Positions 9,486 to 17,358 of a stretch of DNA of 32,000 bases are shown in pieces. How positions within the stretch are numbered: position 1 is the stretch's first letter; each line of letters opens with the position of its first letter. The translations under genes were made by a program, and so were the position numbers. Origin of the DNA: Candidatus Lokiarchaeum ossiferum (GTDB lineage: Archaea; Asgardarchaeota; Lokiarchaeia; Sigyniarchaeales; Promethearchaeaceae); contig CP104013.1 in NCBI GenBank assembly GCA_025839675.1, positions 480,001 to 512,000 of the forward strand, given 5' to 3'. Under the pieces are notes generated by a model. It had not been told where the DNA came from. It saw only the letters and a program-made list of their open reading frames with translations, and searched no databases.

Positions 9486-10232
9486 ATGATTCAAAAGTTT
9501 TTTAAAAGATTTGAAATAAAATATCAAATTTCAGCCAATGAACGCCAAAAATTAGTCAAATATTTGAAAGCTTTCATGAAACTCGATGGTCATACTCAAA
9601 ATTGCTTAGATTATGAAGTTCGAAGTCTTTATTTTGATTCTCCCCAAAGAAAGGCCTATTATGAAAAAACTAATGGGGTTGAATATCGAAAGAAACTCCG
9701 AGTAAGATATTATCCAAATTCCATTAATGATGAAGAGAAAAGGATGTTCATTGAAATAAAACGAAAAGTTAATGAAAATGTATCTAAAGCCCGGATAAGT
9801 GTACCTGCACATCAAGTGTTCCAAATAATTGATGGAAATAATATGATTGCAGAGGATCTCTATCAAAGGTCATCATTTCAAGATCGTAATACTTTAGAAG
9901 AAATTTGGTACTTGAAAAAGCGATTCAATCTGAAACCTGTTTGTGCTATCTCGTATAAGCGCCAAGCATTAACAGGAAAAGTGGAAAAAAAATTTCGTGT
10001 AACATTTGACACTAATCTCTTGGTGACAAAACATAATTTTGATCTCTTAAAGTTCCATCAAGGATCATCGAAATCAATTCTTCCCCGTGATATTGTAGTC
10101 ATGGAGGTCAAATTTAATAATATTATCCCCAAATGGGCGGTAAAAATTTTGGAGGGAAATGATTGTATGCAAGAAAAAATCTCCAAATTTGCCACTGGGT
10201 TAAAAGAAGCAAATTCTTACTGCACTGTTTAA
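9486..10232 (+). CDS. VTC domain protein (polyphosphate polymerase-type triphosphate tunnel domain), soluble
   Basis: RFEIKYQIS, YEVRSLYFDS, YRKKLRVRYY, FIEIKRK, ISYKRQALTG, FRVTFDTNL and VVMEVKFN follow the beta-strand motif pattern of VTC/CYTH-like tunnel enzymes. Confidence 0.8.
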   Translation: MIQKFFKRFEIKYQISANERQKLVKYLKAFMKLDGHTQNCLDYEVRSLYFDSPQRKAYYEKTNGVEYRKKLRVRYYPNSINDEEKRMFIEIKRKVNENVSKARISVPAHQVFQIIDGNNMIAEDLYQRSSFQDRNTLEEIWYLKKRFNLKPVCAISYKRQALTGKVEKKFRVTFDTNLLVTKHNFDLLKFHQGSSKSILPRDIVVMEVKFNNIIPKWAVKILEGNDCMQEKISKFATGLKEANSYCTV

Positions 10233-10240
10233 TTTTTTTT
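10233..10240 (+). terminator. T8 tract immediately after the VTC stop (possible weak archaeal-type oligo-T terminator/attenuator)
   Basis: taaTTTTTTTTaag directly follows the stop codon at 10230-10232. Confidence 0.25.
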
Positions 10241-10268
10241 AAGTACCAGCTAAACGCTCAATACAATC

Positions 10269-11045
10269 GTGAAAAATATGATAAATACAGCCACAACATT
10301 TGTTGGAAAGTTTATTGAAGATTCATTTATGACCTTCAGTCCTGAAGTAACCTCGCTTACTTTTGCCGATGCGGTAATTGTACTTTTTTGGAGTATAACA
10401 TTATCGCTTATTGTTTCAATTACTTACCGTGGTACACATAAAGGTGTGTCTTACTCCCAAAGTTTTACCCAAACCTTAGTCCTCTTAGGAGTAGTGGTCT
10501 CTATAGTAATGTTAATCGTAGGAACCGATATTGCCCGGGCGTTTACATTAGTAGGTGCTCTCTCAATTGTCCGATTCCGAAATGCTATAAAAGAAACCAG
10601 AGATGTCGGATTTATATTTTTCATAATGGCTGTTGGAATGGCTTGCGGCACCAGATTCTACGCTCTTGCATTATTCTTTACCTTCATTGGGTGTTCATTA
10701 CTATTCTTTATGTACTCATCTCAATTCGGCCAAAAAGGGTTGGCTCAAGATATCTTAGAACTAAATATTCCAACGAAATATGATTATTCCTCAGTGTTAA
10801 GTCCACTCTTTATACGGAATTTAAAATATTATTCCATTTTAAGCGTTGATTCAGTCAATGAAGATATTCACCGGCTGAGTTTCATTATTACTTTTAAGAA
10901 GAAAATGAAATTGTTCACATTCAAGAAAAGCGAAGAGATATCAGATGATTTGACGTCAAAAGCAAAACTCTTAACGGAGTTGAAAAAAATGGATTATTTG
11001 ACAGATATTAAGGTTATTAATGGAAGTCATTCTACTGAAATCTAA
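10269..11045 (+). CDS. DUF4956-family polytopic membrane protein
   Basis: ITLSLIVSITYRGTHKGVSYSQSFTQTLVLLGVVVSIVMLIVGTDIARAFTLVGALSIVRFRNAIKETRDVGFIFFIMAVGMACG matches my recollection of the DUF4956 core. The track start at 10269 is GTG; the ATG at 10278 is an alternative start. Confidence 0.75.
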   Translation: MKNMINTATTFVGKFIEDSFMTFSPEVTSLTFADAVIVLFWSITLSLIVSITYRGTHKGVSYSQSFTQTLVLLGVVVSIVMLIVGTDIARAFTLVGALSIVRFRNAIKETRDVGFIFFIMAVGMACGTRFYALALFFTFIGCSLLFFMYSSQFGQKGLAQDILELNIPTKYDYSSVLSPLFIRNLKYYSILSVDSVNEDIHRLSFIITFKKKMKLFTFKKSEEISDDLTSKAKLLTELKKMDYLTDIKVINGSHSTEI

Positions 11046-11055
11046 TTTTCAGAAG

Positions 11056-11067
11056 TTTTTTTTTTTT
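11056..11067 (+). terminator. T12 tract 10 nt after the DUF4956 stop (oligo-T terminator of the CotH-VTC-DUF4956 unit)
   Basis: An uninterrupted run of 12 T at 11056-11067. Confidence 0.45.
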
Positions 11068-11307
11068 AACAAACTAGACTTAAACCACTTGTTGTAATCA
11101 ATAATTCGATTTTAATTTAATATGTCCTTTAATAAAAATGAGAAAATTAAAATCTCCATGAGAAAGGGAAAGAATTCGGATTGGTTGAATAACGGTGTTA
11201 AAACCTACTCTATCAATATCATCAAGGATCTGAATTCGATTAATTGCGAGCAGAAATTCTTCAAAAATTTGAAAATAAAAAAAGAAGCGAGAGATAGAAG
11301 TCAATTT

Positions 11308-11808
11308 TTATAAAACAGAACCACAATGAGGACAAAACTTGGCATGTTCATCTTTATTGATTTCAGTTCCACATTCATTACAAAATTTCAAATCACTACG
11401 AACTTCTGGGGTAGGAACATCTTGAGGAGGTCGCTTTTGCACTGGAGGTGATGCAAGTTGCATCTGACCGGTTTGAGACGAAAATGTGCCCATTAATGCT
11501 CCAGAACCTTTCAGATCCAAAATAATGGCTTTAATATCTTTTCGACTAATGCTTGTATGTTGAGCAATTTCTTCTTGAGTAATGTTCGGGTTTTTTGTAA
11601 TCTCAGTTAAAACGATATTTTTTAGTTTAGAACGATTTTTAATCGCAGCGATTTGACCGAATAAAGTGCTTAAACCAATTGCAATTAAAATCCAACCCCA
11701 CCATGATCCACCACGGATATTGTTAAAACCCCAGAAAAGGAACGCTCCCGCTATCACTAAACTACAAAAAGAAACGCCTTCAGAATATTGATTTTTTTCA
11801 TATTTCAT
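11308..11808 (-). CDS. Membrane-tethered HTH protein with a C-terminal zinc ribbon
   Basis: Two N-terminal TM helices (VSFCSLVIAGAFLFWGF; WWGWILIAIGLSTLFGQIAAI), an HTH-like segment (NITQEEIAQHTSISRKDIKAIILDLKGSG) and a C-terminal CNECGTEINKDEHAKFCPHCG (CxxC-x13-CxxC). Confidence 0.55.
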   Translation of the reverse strand: MKYEKNQYSEGVSFCSLVIAGAFLFWGFNNIRGGSWWGWILIAIGLSTLFGQIAAIKNRSKLKNIVLTEITKNPNITQEEIAQHTSISRKDIKAIILDLKGSGALMGTFSSQTGQMQLASPPVQKRPPQDVPTPEVRSDLKFCNECGTEINKDEHAKFCPHCGSVL

Positions 11809-11947
11809 ATGTTTTTACCTACATTTGTAAATTAAGAATATATCATAACTTTTCCCTTTAAATTTTCACTAGGCCAATATTTATGAATATATGAATAAAT
11901 AAACAATAAATAAACAAAAAAAACTTTCAAATTAGTTTTGGCCCTTC

Positions 11948-12721
11948 TTATTTTGAAGTCATTTCAGGTTCCATTTCTACAGGAGCATCTCTTTCATAAA
12001 CTTCCTTCATTTTGGGTAAAAACCCAAGAAATACCAGAATGTAACCAATCCCCATAAAAATTCGGGCAATTATCACATATTGTAATAATTCTGTGGGTAA
12101 AATTGCATCCATTATTGAACCAAGCCCGAAAAGAGCCCACCCAACTGCTAATTGGGTTATCTTTTTAAGTTCTTTTGATTCAGGGTCTTGCTTTTTTATT
12201 TTTCTTCGCATACCAAAAAATCCCCCACTGATCACAAAAATTAAACTTACAATATAGAAGGCTGTTTGATATTTAATTATATGTTCAAGATTGATATCAA
12301 GAAGTTCCCCTGCTAAAGGTACATCTGCAGAAAACATCATATCAGTGAAGAAAAACATCGCTACCCAATAATCAATGCATAGAATCGAATAGAAAATAAC
12401 AAACCGTTTTTGATATTTAGGTCGAAATATATTAAAACCTAAATAGAGAATCGCCACTGTCGCTATCGGAATCAAGATGTAAGACAATTTAAAATAAAGT
12501 TCTGGATCCAGATTTTCTCCAAAAAACACTAATTTTAGAAAAGAAATTGCTGGTCCTAAATAAAAAGATCCCATACTGAAAGCAACAAAGCCAACTATTG
12601 GTAAGAGTTTCTTTTTTTCGTCAAAATATAATTTCAAATAAATCAATGAAAAAGTTAAGCCTATAAAAACTAGGATTAAAGCACTACCGCCATTTAAATA
12701 CGTAATAGGAGTTATCGCCAA
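11948..12721 (-). CDS. Polytopic membrane protein, hypothetical (about 7 hydrophobic segments)
   Basis: Hydrophobic segments occur throughout. The start as given is a TTG codon with no nearby ATG, so the 5' end is uncertain. Confidence 0.45.
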   Translation of the reverse strand: MAITPITYLNGGSALILVFIGLTFSLIYLKLYFDEKKKLLPIVGFVAFSMGSFYLGPAISFLKLVFFGENLDPELYFKLSYILIPIATVAILYLGFNIFRPKYQKRFVIFYSILCIDYWVAMFFFTDMMFSADVPLAGELLDINLEHIIKYQTAFYIVSLIFVISGGFFGMRRKIKKQDPESKELKKITQLAVGWALFGLGSIMDAILPTELLQYVIIARIFMGIGYILVFLGFLPKMKEVYERDAPVEMEPEMTSK

Positions 12722-12813
12722 TTTTATTCACCACAAATATCAAAGTGATATAATTGACTTCGGTTTATATCCATTTAAGATTTACATTTTATAAATTAAG
12801 ATCAAAATAGGAA

Positions 12814-13437
12814 TCATTTTTGATTGAAATCAATATTTTTTTTCTCTTCTGGTGTTAAACAATCCCAACAAGAGAGATATTTGATCTTCTTATAATTCTT
12901 TTTACAAGAGGGACATAAATCATGGCCATTTTCCAAGGCATAATGACAAGTTTTACATAATACAATTGTATCTTGGCTGAGGTTCATATAATCAAATGAA
13001 TCAGGGGCATTTTTTTCGTTTAATAATCGTTCGATTTCCTCCCGATGATTTCTAATAAACATCTTAACACCTGTTCTTCCCAAATTATAGTTATATTCAC
13101 GAGAAATTGTTGTGTTTAAATCAGTCAAGGCTTGAAAGGTCGAACAATTTTTACAAGTAACATTTTTGAATCTAATGCTTCGAATAATTTGAGAATGACC
13201 ACACTTTTCACACGTTAACATTCGATATTCTTTACCAAGAAAAGGAATTTCTCCACTATGCATTTTTTCTTTAATTAATTCTTTAACAACCCGCCGTTCC
13301 ATCATGTTTCGGAGTTTTGAATCAGAATAATTGTGATGCACTTGTAATTCTGCAGCTTTTCCACATTGAGAACATTTAGCACCTTTAATCAATGCTTTAC
13401 GCTTGGATTTCCACTCTTGTGTATGCCAATCTTTCAT
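12814..13437 (-). CDS. HNH-endonuclease-like protein with a zinc-ribbon-containing insertion
   Basis: WKSKRKALIKGAKCSQCGKAAELQVHHNYS gives the first half of an HNH motif. IVLCKTCHYALENGH plus CPSC gives the second half, about 120 aa later. The insert carries CEKCGHS...CKNCS. Confidence 0.5.
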   Translation of the reverse strand: MKDWHTQEWKSKRKALIKGAKCSQCGKAAELQVHHNYSDSKLRNMMERRVVKELIKEKMHSGEIPFLGKEYRMLTCEKCGHSQIIRSIRFKNVTCKNCSTFQALTDLNTTISREYNYNLGRTGVKMFIRNHREEIERLLNEKNAPDSFDYMNLSQDTIVLCKTCHYALENGHDLCPSCKKNYKKIKYLSCWDCLTPEEKKNIDFNQK

Positions 13438-13613
13438 TATTACATTGTGTAAAAATTTCTTTTAAAAAAATATATCCACCTTGATTTTATTTGATCTTAT
13501 AGCTCAAAATTTGAAATTGATAATTATTGGTTGAATAACCATCATTGTGATAATGATTTCAATCTACACCGAAACTTTTATTTATAACAAAAATCCAGAT
13601 TGAGTGACATAAT

Positions 13614-14183
13614 ATGAAAAAATTCACAAAAATGACGCAAGTCCTTTGCTTCTTTTTATTACTTCCAATGATATTTTCTGCAACATTTGTCCAATCCACC
13701 AATGTTAATCTCCCAGAATCTCAAAATTTACCCGGATCTGGGACTATTCAAATGTATTTAAGGGTTTCCAGTGCTGTACAAGGAGATATAGATGGAAGTG
13801 TAACAACTGCAGGACATGAAGGATCAATTCAAGTATTGGGATACCACCATCAAGTAACAGCTCCACCAAGCGGTGGAAATGTACACTCCCCTTTAAGAAC
13901 TGTAATAGTTCTAGACAAATCTTCCCCTCTGCTAATGCAAGCGCTCTTAAATCGTGAAAATTTAGATCTGGTGGAATTAAGTTTTTATCGGGAAAGCGCA
14001 ACAGGAGTGATGTATGAATATTACCGGATTACTTTAAACGATGCAAGGCTAATCGAGAAAGAATCCCATTCCGTAGAAGGAGGAGAAACAACCGAACAAT
14101 TGGCTTTCGAGTATGACACAATTACATGGAATTGGGCAGACGGTAATATTGAATATTCTGATTCACCAGGAGACAGAACTTAA
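13614..14183 (+). CDS. Hcp-family (type VI secretion tube protein-like) protein with an N-terminal signal peptide
   Basis: Signal-like N-terminus: MKKFTKMTQVLCFFLLLPMIFSATFVQS. Hcp-like blocks: IQMYLRV..VQGDIDGS...HEGSIQVLGYHHQV, VLDKSSPLLMQALLNRENLDLVELSFYRE, YEYYRITLNDARLIE, TEQLAFEYDTITWNW. Compare Hcp1 blocks HAEEIDVLAWSWGM, YIDKSTPNLMMACSSGKH, EYLIITLKEVLVSSV, TENVTLNFAQVQVDY. Confidence 0.7.
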   Translation: MKKFTKMTQVLCFFLLLPMIFSATFVQSTNVNLPESQNLPGSGTIQMYLRVSSAVQGDIDGSVTTAGHEGSIQVLGYHHQVTAPPSGGNVHSPLRTVIVLDKSSPLLMQALLNRENLDLVELSFYRESATGVMYEYYRITLNDARLIEKESHSVEGGETTEQLAFEYDTITWNWADGNIEYSDSPGDRT

Positions 14184-14207
14184 TATTTTGAAATCGCAAT
14201 TATTTCA

Positions 14208-14215
14208 TTTTTTTT
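14208..14215 (+). terminator. T8 tract between the Hcp-like gene and the next ORF (possible oligo-T terminator)
   Basis: Run of 8 T, 25 nt after the stop at 14181-14183. Confidence 0.25.
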
Positions 14216-14241
14216 AGCAAACCTATAAGGAACCACGCCAA

Positions 14242-14955
14242 ATGATAAAACGAAAATATTTTCTGACACTGTATCTGTGTTTCTTAGTTGGAATTTTTTC
14301 ATCAACTCAACTTTCTCGGGCAGAAGGTACAAGGATCAGTATTGCTTCTATAACCAGATTTCAGTATTCAGCAATAATTGTCTATTCGGAAAATATCCAA
14401 GATCAATTAGATAACCCTGAAAACTCAAACAAGAATTTTACCACATACATCACCATTGAAGCAAATTCGGAAATAATTGCCTCAATGATATGCATACTAA
14501 GTTCAACGGAACAGATGATAGTATATACGCTCAATGACCCCCGAAGTCAAACACCTATTTGGAACAATGGAGAACCAGGAATTCATATCAAATCATTGGA
14601 TTCAACATCAATTCAAATAAATTTATTGGAAATTACTATGATTTCAACTGCCACATCTCTTATTTTCAAGGCTTATTCCATTTTCGATGAAGGAGGAATT
14701 GAGGACTATAAACAAAAATGTGGCACTTTTCTGATGTGGAATTATCCCGATTTTACTGTCAGTTCAAATATGGAAGACTCTACCACATCATCTTCAACAA
14801 ACACTACAATTTCTGATACTATATCAAATTCTACAAATGGGAATGAAAATGATAGTAAAAGATTATCCATCACGGGTATTCCGTTAAAGTACCTTATATT
14901 TTCATCAGTTCCAATAATATTAATATTGATAAGGCAAACAAAAAAGAAATTTTAA
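14242..14955 (+). CDS. Secreted, C-terminally anchored surface protein, hypothetical
   Basis: Signal-like N-terminus (KYFLTLYLCFLVGIFSSTQLSRA), a Ser/Thr/Asn-rich stalk (EDSTTSSSTNTTISDTISNSTNGNEN), and a C-terminal TM helix plus basic tail (YLIFSSVPIILILIRQTKKKF). Confidence 0.5.
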   Translation: MIKRKYFLTLYLCFLVGIFSSTQLSRAEGTRISIASITRFQYSAIIVYSENIQDQLDNPENSNKNFTTYITIEANSEIIASMICILSSTEQMIVYTLNDPRSQTPIWNNGEPGIHIKSLDSTSIQINLLEITMISTATSLIFKAYSIFDEGGIEDYKQKCGTFLMWNYPDFTVSSNMEDSTTSSSTNTTISDTISNSTNGNENDSKRLSITGIPLKYLIFSSVPIILILIRQTKKKF

Positions 14956-15105
14956 ATATAATTTATTTTAACAACCTATTTTTTCTTGATTCTTTTCAAA
15001 TGTAGAAGAAGATGGCATCCTACTGACAAAATAAAAGGATTTTTCACAATTTTTCTATTATAATGCGAGATTAGCTTTTTAAAATTTCCCGTATATTGTT
15101 CTTCG

Positions 15106-15774
15106 ATGGTAACGAAAGCATTTACAACAGATTCTATCCACAAGAAATTCTTAAAACCAACTTATTTTATTAATTCCAACCATGATCTTGTACATCAAAA
15201 AGCACAAGAATTACTTCAAGGTCTTGATCCTCATGATTTCGTTCAAATTGCAGTGAAACTCTTCTATTTTGTACGCGATGAAATCAAATATGTGGTTAAG
15301 TTTTCACCAAGTTATTATAGTAGAAAAAACACTCGAGCATCCTCAACCCTTGCCCGTGGTTATGGATATTGTATCCAAAAAGCAACGCTTATGGCCAGTT
15401 TAACTCGTATTGCTGGAATTCCCACCCGTCTTCATTTTGTAGATATGAAGAACCACCTCACCCCCCAATCCTACATTGAAAAAGTAGGAAGCAATTTATT
15501 TGTTTATCATGCCTATCCCGAACTTTTTCTTAATGGAAAATGGGTCGAAGCGAATGTTGCCTTCGATAAAGAGTTATGTGAACGAAAAAACTTCCCAATT
15601 GTTAAATTTGATGGCATTAAACCAGGGTTATTTGCAAAACAAGATGATTCAGGAAAACCATTTGTGGAATATATCAAAGATCATGGTACTTTTGCTGATG
15701 TTCCTTACTGGAAGATTATGTGGGCTTGGAAACAAGAATATAAATTCAAGCTATTGAAAGGATTTAAAAAATAA
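15106..15774 (+). CDS. Transglutaminase-like (papain-fold cysteine protease superfamily) protein
   Basis: GYGYCIQKATLMASLTRIAGIPTRL (Cys motif) followed by YHAYPELFLNGKWVEANVAFD (His/Asp motif). Confidence 0.7.
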   Translation: MVTKAFTTDSIHKKFLKPTYFINSNHDLVHQKAQELLQGLDPHDFVQIAVKLFYFVRDEIKYVVKFSPSYYSRKNTRASSTLARGYGYCIQKATLMASLTRIAGIPTRLHFVDMKNHLTPQSYIEKVGSNLFVYHAYPELFLNGKWVEANVAFDKELCERKNFPIVKFDGIKPGLFAKQDDSGKPFVEYIKDHGTFADVPYWKIMWAWKQEYKFKLLKGFKK

Positions 15775-15788
15775 ACGATTAATACGTT

Positions 15789-17012
15789 TTATATCAATTT
15801 TTTTAGACTTCCAAGCAATTTATTATAAAATTCGGATTCATCGAGTTGATATTTTTGAATACCTTGAATTCTCCTAAGGCGCATTTTCATTCCTGGACTT
15901 AAATTTGTTTCATGCAGATAAATTCCAAAATAGGGACGATTTTCGTTTAGAGCAAATTCAATCTCATCAATAGTGTTTGTAGACTGAATTGCATTATCAG
16001 ATATGAAAGATAAAAAAATAGCACAATTCATCAATCTGGTTGCAATATAATCGGCCCAATCTAATCCCGAAGGAATACCATGATCAAACCACACTTTGAA
16101 ACCTTCGCGATGGAGGCGTTCAATTATAGGGTAAACTTCTAGTTTATCTGCATGAGCGTATGACACGAAAATATATGGTTCAAATCCATTATATGCTTCA
16201 AATGGAGGAATATCGACGTCCTTTTTAAGTTCTGATTTCAATTTCGCCATATTTCCTAAATCAGATTTTAGCCACAAGAAAATATCTTCTTCATTTTGAG
16301 GTAAATCAGGTAAACCTGCACATTTTTTTATAATTTTTAATAGTAATTTGGGACTTTCGGAAATTTTATTAATCACATTTATACGATCTACTAAAATTTT
16401 ATACGGTTGGCCTACTTTTTGTTTTTTCTTAATTGGTTTGAGAAGAATATCAACAACTTTGGATGCAATCCATTCTTGAGATGTGGAATATGGGCTAAAA
16501 TTAGACACTTTTTTCTTTCCCGCAAATTCACCACCCCACTCTATTCGAATAAAATCCGATTCATCATAAATCTTGTAATTATTGGAAATTAGAATATCGG
16601 GTTCACTCGAATATAGCTTTTGTGCTTCAACCTTTTGTAATGCAGCCATGCATGCATCGAAATGAGTTTTAGAAATTATAAACGGAAATTCTTTAAGATT
16701 TACAAGATTTCTCCGGAACAAACTAATAAAGCAAGCCCCCACATGAAAACAAAAACCCTGAGATTTTCCAATAGAACAATCACATTCATAAGTGATCTCT
16801 TGCTTCTTTTTCGTCATACTAGCAGTTAAAATTGTACCTTTTCGATTGAATTTAGCAAAAATTCCTTTTTTTCCCGGCATTCGCTTAAGTTGAATTAATT
16901 TGTCAAGTTTATGCTCATTTGCAAGAAAACTAACAGCATTTTGACAAATTTCTTTACTCAAAATAGGAGACATATTCTCAATAATTATAGGATAATACTG
17001 TTCATTCATCAT
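15789..17012 (-). CDS. SWIM zinc finger - unknown middle domain - TIR domain protein
   Basis: SWIM CxCx8CxH: YECDCSIGKSQGFCFHVGAC (aa 77-90). C-terminal TIR_2-like domain, aa ~278-400: PYIFVSYAHADKLEVYPIIERLHREGFKVWFDHGIPSGLDWADYIATRLMNCAIFLSFISDNAIQSTNTIDEIEFAL. A Glu (E350) sits at the position of the TIR catalytic glutamate. Confidence 0.8.
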   Translation of the reverse strand: MMNEQYYPIIIENMSPILSKEICQNAVSFLANEHKLDKLIQLKRMPGKKGIFAKFNRKGTILTASMTKKKQEITYECDCSIGKSQGFCFHVGACFISLFRRNLVNLKEFPFIISKTHFDACMAALQKVEAQKLYSSEPDILISNNYKIYDESDFIRIEWGGEFAGKKKVSNFSPYSTSQEWIASKVVDILLKPIKKKQKVGQPYKILVDRINVINKISESPKLLLKIIKKCAGLPDLPQNEEDIFLWLKSDLGNMAKLKSELKKDVDIPPFEAYNGFEPYIFVSYAHADKLEVYPIIERLHREGFKVWFDHGIPSGLDWADYIATRLMNCAIFLSFISDNAIQSTNTIDEIEFALNENRPYFGIYLHETNLSPGMKMRLRRIQGIQKYQLDESEFYNKLLGSLKKLI

Positions 17013-17358
17013 TTTTACAACATGATTTGCAAGATTTTTCTTCGTTAAAGCAGAATAGTTGGTAATTTTATCAAAATCTTGTTTTTTTTTCGATTTTTGG
17101 TTGAATTCTTTAATGATCTTATGAATTTTAGCTTTTGTTAGTGATAGAAGAATTAGTTTTGTTAATTCTTTTTTTGCCGAGGTGTTAAGTAATGTAGTAA
17201 TATTTATGCCTCCTTTATATTTATTCTTGGCTTAATTTAGACATTTTTCATTCTAATGGAATTACATTGAATTCTATTGAAATTAAATATTGTGGCATAT
17301 TTTTTGAGTTCATTTCAATAATGTCAATTATTTAAGTTAGAAACACAATATCAAAGTT

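Noticed and set aside
9345-10651. ORFs 9345-9527(-), 9606-9866(-) and 10451-10651(-)
   Set aside because: They are antisense to the motif-supported CotH, VTC and DUF4956 genes.
11098-11313. Mutually overlapping small ORFs: 11122-11313(+) 63 aa with an ATG start, and 11098-11304(-) 68 aa with a TTG start 3 nt after the zinc-ribbon gene
   Set aside because: One of them could be real, since a stop-free stretch on both strands is unusual in AT-rich DNA. Neither has a recognisable motif and I cannot choose between them. This needs conservation or expression data.
13614-14183. Calling this a type VI secretion locus
   Set aside because: Only an Hcp-like gene is present. No sheath, baseplate, VgrG, membrane-complex or ClpV genes occur in 32 kb, and the signal peptide is incompatible with canonical T6SS export.
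15789-17012. Calling the TIR protein Thoeris ThsB
   Set aside because: There is no ThsA (SIR2/SLOG or TM-Macro) gene within the window, and the N-terminal SWIM fusion is not the ThsB architecture.
17276-17319. 8-bp inverted repeat ATTGAAAT...ATTTCAAT (28-nt spacer) upstream of the TPP-enzyme gene as an operator
   Set aside because: An 8-mer AT-only inverted repeat in a 346-nt AT-rich spacer is easily produced by chance, and there is no supporting conservation data.
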